From assembly GCA_026395555.1 (NCBI GenBank), contig JAPLYO010000012.1, forward strand, positions 4,817-68,816: DNA of 64,000 bases, read 5' to 3'. Shown in pieces: positions 38,901 to 46,965 of this stretch. The notes beneath the pieces are model-generated. The model saw only the letters and a program-made list of their open reading frames with translations. It searched no databases and had not been told where the DNA came from. The stretch is from Candidatus Peregrinibacteria bacterium (GTDB lineage: Bacteria > Patescibacteriota > Gracilibacteria > UBA1369 > UBA12463). The first letter of the stretch is position 1; each line of letters opens with the position of its first letter. Made by a program: the position numbers and the translations under genes.

Positions 38901-39925
38901 ATCGTATCTTCGGGAATTAATCTTGAAAGATCTACACCTGTTTTTTCTCTTGCCTCGGCCATTCCTCTCTTGATATCTTCGCGATTAATTGGTTTTTCTG
39001 ATTTGCGAATGGCATCTCCAAAACTTTCACTCAGCATGATATCGATAGCCTTTTCGATTTTTGGATCACCCTTTGCGACAGATTCTTTTGTCTTGTTTGT
39101 CAGCTCACCCCATGAGTCGAGATGCGACTTGCTCGCCTCGCCAAACTCTTTGATCATGGCTCGAACTTTCTCCGCATCTTCGGGTGAGTCGATTTTTGAA
39201 CTTAAATAATCCTGCGCCTCTACGCCTACAAACTCCGTAAGACTCTTGCGGAAACGATCTTCTTCGCTATCAAAAGCACTTACTCCTGCAATATCATGAA
39301 GAGCTTTTTTCTCGTTGAGAGGATTCTCCTTCATGAAGTTCCTGAAGTCTTTTGCGGACTTCGGATTGCGAATAAATTCTTTAGCTGCATTTTTATGTTT
39401 GTCACTATTGCTGTCGAGCGCACTGAGCGTGATATCAAAATCTGATGGAGAAATTCTTCCGGTGAGCTCATGCTCGGCGAGATCTCTGCGAAACAATGGC
39501 TCGTTGCCATCTCCTTTCGGCTCATGAGAACACTCGTAGAGTTTATTAAATCTATATGACGTAATTGAACCTTGCGTGAGGCGCAATGCAAGCGTGCGAT
39601 CCATAAACATACCACTTTTCGCCAATCTTTTTGCCTTTTCGTAATTCCCCGTGCTCAACTTCCCATCGCTCTTCATCTTATTCAAATTTTTCATGAGATC
39701 ATCGGCATTCGTCGAATTGAGCGAACCCATAATTTTATTCCCCATACTGTCCGTCATTACATCAAGCGGAGTAGCTGGCTTCTTGAGACTCTCGTCATCG
39801 TCTGTAGATTTTCCTCCCGATCCGGATCCACTTGAACCTGCAGCGAAAAAAGCCCTCCTGCCCGTGAACAATACGTTCTCGGCCTTGAGGCACTTCAGGA
39901 GCTGGTGTGTATACCAGTTATTCAT
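35936..39925 (-). CDS. Very large hypothetical protein (1,329 aa; soluble, no signal peptide or TM); last gene of the five-gene block
   Basis: Uninterrupted ATG-started ORF. Gly/Ser tract near the N-terminus (AAGSSGSGSGGKSTDDDE). His/acidic linker (ELEEEEHALHDAHAKEDAHGAHAVP). Ala/Lys tail (ARAKAKAAAQAEAGGE). I recognise no family. Confidence 0.75.
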   Translation of the reverse strand: MNNWYTHQLLKCLKAENVLFTGRRAFFAAGSSGSGSGGKSTDDDESLKKPATPLDVMTDSMGNKIMGSLNSTNADDLMKNLNKMKSDGKLSTGNYEKAKRLAKSGMFMDRTLALRLTQGSITSYRFNKLYECSHEPKGDGNEPLFRRDLAEHELTGRISPSDFDITLSALDSNSDKHKNAAKEFIRNPKSAKDFRNFMKENPLNEKKALHDIAGVSAFDSEEDRFRKSLTEFVGVEAQDYLSSKIDSPEDAEKVRAMIKEFGEASKSHLDSWGELTNKTKESVAKGDPKIEKAIDIMLSESFGDAIRKSEKPINREDIKRGMAEAREKTGVDLSRLIPEDTMRHIEERLRFLQDIQIKIGKNYDAITIKELAPRMEETMKRISLKQNIVACSKQSGINLKPGTKIQYMMEVLRDDKTIERKWVTTEVQGVYLDKPTGEKIEWNGEMFDVENMPLVVVTGAGRETFGRFKKWVVDTQAHQIIDGKGELDNEIQFDAMKLPIKEGMELEYEIKKGEGSETNMAKIAKIHPDGFIELDRDVNVVYPENGTVAGQMLTNPIGKKRLTYGEFAQWIKRFGVVPHLKTNTEAQEAYNNWKAIHGNPGAAPVNFQKGGQLSYGPIEQKNVLTVREITKGDDVEMTRISRASYRPAELLRHAMSANWRSNDPLVVATAATAMIPESKRIEARDRYAKRLERELDEIADMQELEEEEHALHDAHAKEDAHGAHAVPALTPEEAQQKDWMDAEAAKQKANVTIPHEGTIMHIWNETQFISAQDVGELGKHIWEYWNRTWERRMKNRFAKFGSHLPFIGTEMLRIKEDTEHEEVGKFKHAMEHMGDFEIRGLLNGSSNQDQIKACIEVLTEKGMMRWDDVRTWKAINRIPALSNDKKIPIPNDGNAYAIVGMSESGIPKKGMDYLKEAFENIWGDDNLYDSWRAKNKGAYKSGLDKYKSDAAALENDPNGLSGGMKMLLSEHMRGNQVDPQKYEEFIRYAIEEGKSNAENRLYYIVMGVATNLLTLDRVADLNGLCNKQPWLDFFTQAKDENKPLTLTTMQSQVPPYYNRTFTVSDFKVMANFFDNDSDTSKKKFGPGKNVHDFFWKKIMPHHTTQTRTLKASRGAEGMDHDDAHFFMPCLDYRQVRNMCGSSAGDKKYFSPPGYLNVFPGFSEWSRTLAATKNRTLLEKAILSYVNFDGIITGRFLKSDTKKQVISDNVLENDGSVVDPLTPSKFHIDQMRNMILKIGAKAERGDRWKLLFKKIEKASEDKDGKGQKEIENFIEEFGPELNSAINSIGEEELFKIVNSCNLKGYSGTPDPVLVARAKAKAAAQAEAGGE

Positions 39926-39974
39926 AAGTGTAGGGGGTTATTAGTCCTTCTACCTCTGTCCTGTCTTTGATTGT

Positions 39975-40002
39975 ATTTTACTATATTTTTCATGTATTGC
40001 AA
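39975..40002 (-). promoter_or_regulatory. Putative sigma70-type promoter upstream of the 1,329-aa gene
   Basis: On the minus strand: TTGCAA (40002-39997), a 16-nt spacer, TAAAAT (39980-39975). It lies within the only sizeable gap (121 nt) of the five-gene block. Pattern match only. Confidence 0.3.
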
Positions 40003-40046
40003 GTTTTTGGTTGGCTATGAGAAACTTCTGCTTTGGTACTTTGTTA

Positions 40047-42542
40047 TTATGGGGCGGCATTTATAGCGGCAACGAGTGCTGCCGCATCAGCATCTGGCAT
40101 GATCTTATCCCCGGCGGCCTGCCCTCTAATATGTGCCAGCGCAGCATTCATGGCTGCCGTTCTCTTCGCCTTGTCAGCAACGCCTTCAGCGACGAAGTGC
40201 TTCGCAATTTCCTTTCCTCTATCTGCGGCTGAAGCCATTCCGCCATCCTTAAGTTTGCGGTTAAATTCGTCAATTGCTGCGGCTGTTTTATCTGGGTCGG
40301 GAGTTGATCCACCCTTCAATTCACCCACTACTACTGCGACGACCGATCCCGGCTTTTTCATATCAGCACTCACTTCAGCTGGAGTTTGCTTAACGGGCGT
40401 AGCTGCAGCAGGCTGGTCACTTGGCATAAATTTCGGCAGAAGTTTCTCTACCTGTGGCATATCTTTTCTCTCTACCGCTTCTGAAAATTCCTTAAAATCC
40501 TTGTTATATCCTGCTGCACCTACGCGAACTAAGTCGGGGCTTGTATTTTTTATTCGTTTTACCGCTCCTTCGAGCTCCTTGAATTCTTCAGAGTCCGCCT
40601 TAGGATTATGTCTTAAAGACTCAATATCTGGATGACTCTTTAGCGCCAAGGTGAGCTGGTCAATCGATTTAACGTCTTTCATCTTCATTGATACCTCAAC
40701 ATTAACTCCAAAAGCCTTGAGTGCATCCGATCTTCGTGTCGCATCAGCATTACTCAACATTGTCTCCATAGCATATTTAGCCTGATCTAAACCAACACCA
40801 ATCTTTCCCATGTCCTGAAGTTCGTGATGGCCGGCGTGAGGTGTGGCGACCTGGAAGAGAGGAGCGTATTTGAATGGAGCCTTGGCGAGCCATGTACCGG
40901 CACTCTGTGCGCTGTCCATAATGGTTTTCGTGACGCCATCGGCGATCGTGTCGCTGCTAGCGGCCTGAATACCGATCCAGAGGAATACGATGCTTCCGAT
41001 AGCGACCAAGAGATCCTGAAAGGTATCAATACTCGAAGTTGGCGCATTACTTGCGAGGGCGCCCTGACCGTTATAGTTAATATTTTGCATCGTTGCTAGC
41101 AAGATAAATCCAATGGAAAGGACAAAACCAATAAGCATCGGGGATATCAGCGTTTTAATAATCTTACTCGTATGTCCTCCTGCTCCGGGAATCGTAAATG
41201 TCGCATTGAATACTATCGCCGGTGAAAAAATAATGATCATCCAGAGTACCGCAGCGCGGGCAAAAAGAATCACAATCAATACGATAAAGCTTACCGCGTA
41301 AATCAAAAACATAACTACTGAGAAGAGCATGTTAATTGTAAGCGAAGAGAGGCCGCCTTTGGCAGCTGCCGCTGAAACCTTCGGAAGATCCTGGATATTC
41401 ATAAACTTAATCGCAATAATCATCAGGGAGCTATCAATGTTCCAACTATTGAGATACTTCTTTACCTGAGGGTTCATCATCAAATTTCCATCCTTATCCG
41501 GAACACACATAGCCTTGCTATCGGCAGCGCTTCCAGCTTTCGGCGCATAAACCGCTTCTACTCCTTTGATACATTTCGCCTTATCTGCCGCTTTTGTTAT
41601 CGCAGAACACTGCGTAGCGATCGCCTTATCTTTTGCCTCTGTTCCAATTCCCTGAGCAAGCTGTCCGCTTCCTAGCGTGTCGCAAATAGGTCCTTGCGCT
41701 GCGTTTACTTTTAGAAGAGTAGCTTGCGTGAGCGCCGCGTCGGTTCTCCCAATAGAGAAGGCGAATGTCGTACCGACGTTAATCACATCAAGGACGACTT
41801 TTACGCCGGCATACGAGAAGTTCACAAGAATCAATCCAAGAATAATTTTTGGAAGAGCCTTTTTGAGCTCCAACATGGAGACGGTCTCACCAAGACCTAC
41901 GACGTTGTAGAGTGCGACGGCGAGCAAGAGGAGAACATAAGCGATATTTACGAGGTTTCTTACCTGAATCCACATCTCACTTAATTTCAAATCGATGGCT
42001 CCTGTATAGAGGAAGTCACTCTTCATAAGACCACCGGCAAACATAAGTAATGGCCAGAGTAGGTGCGAAATCATACTTAAAACGATGGCGAGAACCTTTG
42101 AGAGCATCACGATAATGTCATTATTCGGCAATACCTCTCCTACCGTCTGACCACCTAACGTTGTGAGCGGAGCAGCAGATGCGCTAGCCGAATTGGTTGA
42201 GGCACCGACCGCTGCGTTGTATTCCTGCTGGGCCGAGTTGTTTGCGGCATCGAGTTTTTGCTGTGCCGCCGCTTTTGCGGCGTCATCTGCTCCTGGTGCA
42301 GCTATCGCTTTGTCATATTCCGCCTGAGCCGCCGTCTTTGCAGCATCGAGGGTCTTTTGCGCCTCCGCCTGGGCTGCATCAGCCTTTGCGGCTGCTGCAG
42401 CATCGGCCGTTGGCGTTGGGGCCGCAGCATCCTGCGCATGCACCGTACTCGCCGCGAACACATTCGTGAAACTCGCGAGTGTCACCACGACGAGGAGGCT
42501 GAGGGCAAGTGTTCTGATGATGTGAGTGCGTGTGTTTTTCAT
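40047..42542 (-). CDS. Polytopic membrane protein with VirB6/TrbL-like architecture (831 aa)
   Basis: Signal peptide (LALSLLVVVTLASFTNVFAASTVHA). Ala/Gln/Lys-rich helical ectodomain (..KTAAQAEYDKAI..NSAQQEYNAAV..). About 7 TM helices with a 4-Cys loop between TM3 and TM4 (..GPICD..TQCS..AKCIKG..AMCVPD..). A soluble C-terminal domain of about 270 aa follows. Confidence 0.75.
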   Translation of the reverse strand: MKNTRTHIIRTLALSLLVVVTLASFTNVFAASTVHAQDAAAPTPTADAAAAAKADAAQAEAQKTLDAAKTAAQAEYDKAIAAPGADDAAKAAAQQKLDAANNSAQQEYNAAVGASTNSASASAAPLTTLGGQTVGEVLPNNDIIVMLSKVLAIVLSMISHLLWPLLMFAGGLMKSDFLYTGAIDLKLSEMWIQVRNLVNIAYVLLLLAVALYNVVGLGETVSMLELKKALPKIILGLILVNFSYAGVKVVLDVINVGTTFAFSIGRTDAALTQATLLKVNAAQGPICDTLGSGQLAQGIGTEAKDKAIATQCSAITKAADKAKCIKGVEAVYAPKAGSAADSKAMCVPDKDGNLMMNPQVKKYLNSWNIDSSLMIIAIKFMNIQDLPKVSAAAAKGGLSSLTINMLFSVVMFLIYAVSFIVLIVILFARAAVLWMIIIFSPAIVFNATFTIPGAGGHTSKIIKTLISPMLIGFVLSIGFILLATMQNINYNGQGALASNAPTSSIDTFQDLLVAIGSIVFLWIGIQAASSDTIADGVTKTIMDSAQSAGTWLAKAPFKYAPLFQVATPHAGHHELQDMGKIGVGLDQAKYAMETMLSNADATRRSDALKAFGVNVEVSMKMKDVKSIDQLTLALKSHPDIESLRHNPKADSEEFKELEGAVKRIKNTSPDLVRVGAAGYNKDFKEFSEAVERKDMPQVEKLLPKFMPSDQPAAATPVKQTPAEVSADMKKPGSVVAVVVGELKGGSTPDPDKTAAAIDEFNRKLKDGGMASAADRGKEIAKHFVAEGVADKAKRTAAMNAALAHIRGQAAGDKIMPDADAAALVAAINAAP

Positions 42543-42565
42543 TTTTATGTTATGTTCCTATTCGC

Positions 42566-43027
42566 CTATACATTTCCGAAGAAGGGAAACGTGAGAGCCC
42601 CACCCAATAAAGCGGCTGAGGATATACCTCCAAGAATAAGGGTATTACGTAGTATATGTGATTTTTTTTGAGGAGCCATTGGGGTAATGAATGTTCTTTT
42701 TGGCTGAGATCTTTCTATCTGCTCGAGACGTTCATCTTCTCTTCGTTTTGCCTCCTCCATACCTTTACCTTCTGCATTTTGCATTGCGAGATCGGTAGCG
42801 CTCTGTTGCTCATCAATCTCATTCATCGCATTGATTCTTGTCGCGCCCTGCCTCATAGCTGCTTGGGTTACTGCACTCCCTAAAACCTTGAGCTTTGAAG
42901 ATTGATAGAGTCCTTCTTCCGCCATGAGAGGAAGTAATACTTCTGTTTTTCTCGTCGTATTCATGTCGTCCCTATCCATCATGATGGTTTTTGCCGCGAA
43001 AGCCTTTTTGTTATTCAAAATGTCCAT
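42566..43027 (-). CDS. Tail-anchored hypothetical protein (153 aa)
   Basis: Charged helical body with a single C-terminal hydrophobic segment (LILGGISSAALLGGALTFPFFGNV*). It starts 3 nt after the upstream gene's stop. Confidence 0.55.
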   Translation of the reverse strand: MDILNNKKAFAAKTIMMDRDDMNTTRKTEVLLPLMAEEGLYQSSKLKVLGSAVTQAAMRQGATRINAMNEIDEQQSATDLAMQNAEGKGMEEAKRREDERLEQIERSQPKRTFITPMAPQKKSHILRNTLILGGISSAALLGGALTFPFFGNV

Positions 43028-43030
43028 GTT

Positions 43031-44626
43031 TTATTTTTTTACTCCTTCTATACGTTTAAGATCATCGATCCATTGATTAAATACTTCTGTATTTTTCAAC
43101 ATTTTCGAGGAGCAGACCGTGCTAGCATACTGCTCAATTTCATCCTTGTCTTTTCCGCTCTTGGCTTCCTTGAGCAGCGCGATCAATGTCGGATTTACCG
43201 GCTTACTGGCAATACGTGTTTTTGTTCCTGTATCATTACCCTCGGCAATTTTCAGCATGTCATCAATTCTCACATCCGCCGGTTCGTGCGCTATCTCCTT
43301 CTTTTCTCGTATCATACTTATCAGTTCGATCATTCCCGTCGCATTTTCTGAGGTCTTTCCTCTCATAGGATCTACAAAATATGTGTTTGTCACTCCTGGC
43401 TTATCGATAACAAGCTGACATACAGCTAATTTCTGCGCCTGAGTCTCCAGTGTTTTTGCGTCCGCACTTCCCTTGATCCACTCGAGAACGCTTGGGTTTC
43501 CCACAAGTGCACTACCGGCGAGAATACCTCCCACATCAGCAATCAACCACGGACTTTTGAGATACTCCGACAAATCATTTCTATAGGCGATCAGTGAGAG
43601 CGCTGCGTTCGCTCCTCTCCATGCCATCAACGCAAACCCACCTATGTAACGTGGTTCGAAAAATTTGATAGCGAGATTTTTATCCATATCCGCACGAATA
43701 CCCGTATCGATATTGGCGCGAATCATTTTTGCTTTTGCCTGACCAATTTCAATAGTGGACTCGAGATTCTTCTGCTGATTTTCGTCAAGAATAAGCCCCT
43801 TTGCCTTCATCTTTGCGAATAGTCCATCGTCCTTATCTGTCAGTTGAAGCTGCGTCAGATACCCAGAACTTCCTAATGAAGTAATGAGCCCGATCGCTCT
43901 ATCCGAAGGCATGGTATTAATAATATGTTCCGCAAATGTCTTTCTCTCAGATGGACTCATGGCATACAAGAGCGTAATTGCTCCTGATGCCTCAAGAAGT
44001 TTCATGCTTGCATCTGCACTAACCTCACCCGGAGTTTTTTCCGGAGGGATTTTGGCGATGATAAAATTATAATCGTCAGGCGTAAGCTTTGCATGTGTGC
44101 TTATTTTTCTCAGAATGTCGGCATATTTTGGTTCCTTGGAAATCTCCCAATATATTTCGCGTCCACGTTCGGCGAGATCGAATAATACATTGAGATCGAT
44201 CTTTCCCTTATTTGGCCCCTCCTTATCGTTTTTCCTGGCGGCCTCCACGAGAAAGGCGGTGATCATGGAGTAATATTGATTCACATCATCTTCGCAATTT
44301 TTGAAAAATCTTTCATTCCATAACGCTCTTCCTGCTGCATCTACATCGGATTTATGTGCTTCGGCTTCACAGAGAGCATAGGCTCGATCGATATACAATT
44401 TCATCGCGTTCAATGCTTTATTTTTTTGATTTCCATATGATTCTACAAACTCCCTTTTACCAAGATGCTGTTCGAGTAAATCGTCGATTTTTTTCATATC
44501 TTTCTCTTTTGCCGGCTCGACTGTTTCATGCTTCCACTTAATGAGCTCCACGCTTTCCGGGCGGTTCATCCAGTCGCTATTCTCCACTGGCGGTGTCGGT
44601 GATGATGATGGTACTTCTGGGGGCAT
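43031..44626 (-). CDS. Hypothetical protein (531 aa) with a central hydrophobic hairpin
   Basis: ATG-started ORF. The hydrophobic pair YIGGFALMAWRGANAALSLIAY ... WLIADVGGILAGSALVG is flanked by charged helical regions. Confidence 0.7.
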   Translation of the reverse strand: MPPEVPSSSPTPPVENSDWMNRPESVELIKWKHETVEPAKEKDMKKIDDLLEQHLGKREFVESYGNQKNKALNAMKLYIDRAYALCEAEAHKSDVDAAGRALWNERFFKNCEDDVNQYYSMITAFLVEAARKNDKEGPNKGKIDLNVLFDLAERGREIYWEISKEPKYADILRKISTHAKLTPDDYNFIIAKIPPEKTPGEVSADASMKLLEASGAITLLYAMSPSERKTFAEHIINTMPSDRAIGLITSLGSSGYLTQLQLTDKDDGLFAKMKAKGLILDENQQKNLESTIEIGQAKAKMIRANIDTGIRADMDKNLAIKFFEPRYIGGFALMAWRGANAALSLIAYRNDLSEYLKSPWLIADVGGILAGSALVGNPSVLEWIKGSADAKTLETQAQKLAVCQLVIDKPGVTNTYFVDPMRGKTSENATGMIELISMIREKKEIAHEPADVRIDDMLKIAEGNDTGTKTRIASKPVNPTLIALLKEAKSGKDKDEIEQYASTVCSSKMLKNTEVFNQWIDDLKRIEGVKK

Positions 44627-44646
44627 TTTATTCTATTTCTAAAAAA

Positions 44647-45204
44647 TTATAACCGAAGTAATCGTGTACAAATATCCATGAGACCTTCTTGTTTCCCCTC
44701 CCACTCCACAATGTGGCGCGTGAGAAATTCTCTGATCTCTGCGGGGTCTTGGTCCATCAGCTCGATACCAATATCTGGCATTAAGTGCTGATAGGTTCGC
44801 ACGTACAGTCTCGAGATGAATGGCCCATAATGGACAATCCAAAAACCCTTTATATTACTGAAGGGTATGCCATGTTCTCCCATCTTCACGCCATAATCCG
44901 AGAGCTTAATTTCTATCTCCTGCGTCGGCTCCATGTGGTCGAGGGCGTAGACGATAGCGGCAGTCATAATCGCCACCACGAAAAACCAGTTCGCCGTATA
45001 TGCTCCATAAAAAAGCAATGCAGCAATAATAACTGAAGCAACGATCATCCATATCTGTCCTTTCTCAACCTTGTGTCGGAGTGGTGCGCTCCAGGTAAAT
45101 ACCGCCTGATCAAATCGAGATGGATTTTGCTGTGCACCATTGGCTCGCATCTCCTGATGTTGTTTTTTTCGATTCTGGATTTTTTCTTTTATTTTCTTGA
45201 ACAT
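44647..45204 (-). CDS. Two-TM hypothetical protein (185 aa) with C-terminal soluble domain
   Basis: TM hairpin IWMIVASVIIAALLFYGAY / WFFVVAIMTAAIVYAL, followed by a beta-rich domain of about 90 aa. It is the first gene of the tightly spaced block. Confidence 0.6.
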   Translation of the reverse strand: MFKKIKEKIQNRKKQHQEMRANGAQQNPSRFDQAVFTWSAPLRHKVEKGQIWMIVASVIIAALLFYGAYTANWFFVVAIMTAAIVYALDHMEPTQEIEIKLSDYGVKMGEHGIPFSNIKGFWIVHYGPFISRLYVRTYQHLMPDIGIELMDQDPAEIREFLTRHIVEWEGKQEGLMDICTRLLRL

Positions 45205-45460
45205 ATTGTTTTTGTTTTTTGCTTTGGAATGCGCTGTTGCGGCTTTATTTGATTCTTTCCATTATATCACTTTTTTGTATTTTGAACAAGATAAGACCAG
45301 GGAGCCTCACGGGAATTCGTAAGAATTTATAGGAAACTTTTTCTTTTCCTACGACTTCATCGTAAAAGTCTAAACTTTGAAGCTGAAAGTTGTGTAACCG
45401 TATTGCTTTTTTATAGAACTAATGCCGAATTAGTCAATCTAAAATACCACGCTATAGTGA

Positions 45461-45736
45461 TTATTTCATACGGTTCCCCTTACTCCACGGATTGCATCGT
45501 ATGATCTGCCAGACTCCTTTCAAAAATCCAACCACCATTCCATCGGCTTTCAATCTCTCCTTCATATACTGCGAACATGTAGGCTCGAACTTACAGTACC
45601 CATAGGGGAAGAATCTCTTCAGTATACCGTGATCGGGCGAGAAAGTATGTTGATATATCTCGATACATATAATAAAAACATCTCGAGGAATGTGCCAGAT
45701 TCGAGTCAGTAAATTTGTATACTTGAGGCGGTTCAT
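45461..45736 (-). CDS. yidD: Membrane protein insertion efficiency factor YidD
   Basis: IYQHTFSPDHG....CKFEPTCSQYMKE..K.......G....I.RCNPWSKG is the YidD (PF01809) signature. The ATG at 45736 shares one base with the upstream TGA (TGATG). The track ORF starts one codon earlier, at TTG 45739. Confidence 0.8.
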   Translation of the reverse strand: MNRLKYTNLLTRIWHIPRDVFIICIEIYQHTFSPDHGILKRFFPYGYCKFEPTCSQYMKERLKADGMVVGFLKGVWQIIRCNPWSKGNRMK

Positions 45737-46965
45737 CAATAGTAGTTGCTAGGTACCTTCTTCACGCCATGATCGATTACCTCGAAATGAAGGTGAATTC
45801 CCGTTACTCCACGAACGTTTCCCGTGTGACCCATGCGACCAATAACCTCTCCCTGCGTGACCTTGTCTCCGACTTTTACCGTGAGATATGTCATATGACC
45901 ATAGAGCGTTTTTACTCCATTTCCATGATCAATAACAACGTGATTACCGTATCCTCCGGCCCATACTCCCATCGTAGCCGTTACGACTGTACCGCTTGCA
46001 GCAGCCCAAATCGGTGGCTCTGAACGATTAGCGATATCATAGGCGTAGTGACCTGAATGGAAGCCCTGCGTAAGTACACCGACCGTTGGGAAGATCATGA
46101 ACTTACCGGCACTTGGAGATGATGATGAGTTGGAGAGGGATGTTCTTTCAACATTTCTTGCCGGAGCATCACGACCAGTAGCTCTGGCGATCGTTCTTGC
46201 TGATGGTTGTTGTACTGTTGGAAGCGGCTTAGCATCAGGAACGAAGATAATCTGTCCCTGCGTAATTACTCCCCCCTGAAGGTTATTCATAGCAACAATT
46301 TTCTGAGCATCAACCTTATACAAGGCGGCGATCTTCTCTATGCTCTGCCCTGTTGTCACACGGTGACTAATACCGTCACTTGGTGGAATATTTAATTTTT
46401 GACCAATCTTCAAAACGCTCGTCATCGTTAGACCATTCTCCCATACCAATGTCTCCGCCTTAATATTAAAGCGCTTTGCAATTAATGAGAGATTGTCGCC
46501 TGTATCGACGGTGTATTGCGCTATGTCTTTGAATGATCGCTGCGTATGTGTGGTCTGTGGGTTCGCCTTTGTAAAGTATCCATCCTGATCGGCGACCAAT
46601 GTTCCCTCCTGACTAATCTGATTGAGGTACTCATCACCATATTGAGCATAGGAGACATCGAACGTACTACCGAGCACCGCCGTGACACTCATAATTCCCA
46701 CGGTGAGAACCGCGAGTCTCTTATAGAGCGTGGCTGCCGTTGGGGCGACCACTCGAGCCCGGTGCTTTGCCTTGAGATTAGAAAAAACATGGGATGCCAA
46801 CTTAATACCGGAATAGGTTCCGATAAGGCTGCTTGCCGCGAGGATGCCATCATACGACTTCTTGAACGCATGGCCAAGCATACTATTCTTACCAAACACC
46901 CTTTCGTGGCGTCGAAGACGAGCGGCAACTGCTACCTTTGATGTAATGACTGACGTGACAGACAA
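45736..46965 (-). CDS. LysM-domain M23 (LytM-type) peptidoglycan endopeptidase
   Basis: N-terminal TM (LAVLTVGIMSVTAVLGS). Two LysM repeats (YTVDTGDNLSLIAKRFNIKAETLVWENGL...IGQKLNIP; HRVTTGQSIEKIAALYKVDAQKIVAMNNL..GQIIFVP). M23 motifs HSGHYAYDI (HxxxD) and GVTGIHLHFEV (HxH). The start is uncertain: TTG 46965 or ATG 46881. Confidence 0.85.
   Translation of the reverse strand: MSVTSVITSKVAVAARLRRHERVFGKNSMLGHAFKKSYDGILAASSLIGTYSGIKLASHVFSNLKAKHRARVVAPTAATLYKRLAVLTVGIMSVTAVLGSTFDVSYAQYGDEYLNQISQEGTLVADQDGYFTKANPQTTHTQRSFKDIAQYTVDTGDNLSLIAKRFNIKAETLVWENGLTMTSVLKIGQKLNIPPSDGISHRVTTGQSIEKIAALYKVDAQKIVAMNNLQGGVITQGQIIFVPDAKPLPTVQQPSARTIARATGRDAPARNVERTSLSNSSSSPSAGKFMIFPTVGVLTQGFHSGHYAYDIANRSEPPIWAAASGTVVTATMGVWAGGYGNHVVIDHGNGVKTLYGHMTYLTVKVGDKVTQGEVIGRMGHTGNVRGVTGIHLHFEVIDHGVKKVPSNYY

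Noticed and set aside
38090-38920. 276-aa + strand ORF (also 36554-37024, 37430-37741 and 37741-38007)
   Set aside because: All are embedded antisense in the 1,329-aa gene. Their composition is hydrophobic and low-information, typical of shadow ORFs. The long minus-strand frame is uninterrupted.
40033-40635. 200-aa Ala-rich ORF on the + strand
   Set aside because: It is an antisense shadow of the GCN-rich C-terminal coding region of the 831-aa minus-strand gene. It is low-complexity and has no independent signals.
35936-46965. Annotating the block as a type IV secretion or conjugation system
   Set aside because: No VirB4- or VirD4-type ATPase (no Walker A motif in any of the five proteins), no relaxase and no coupling protein. 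Only the membrane architecture of one protein and the nearby M23 hydrolase are suggestive.
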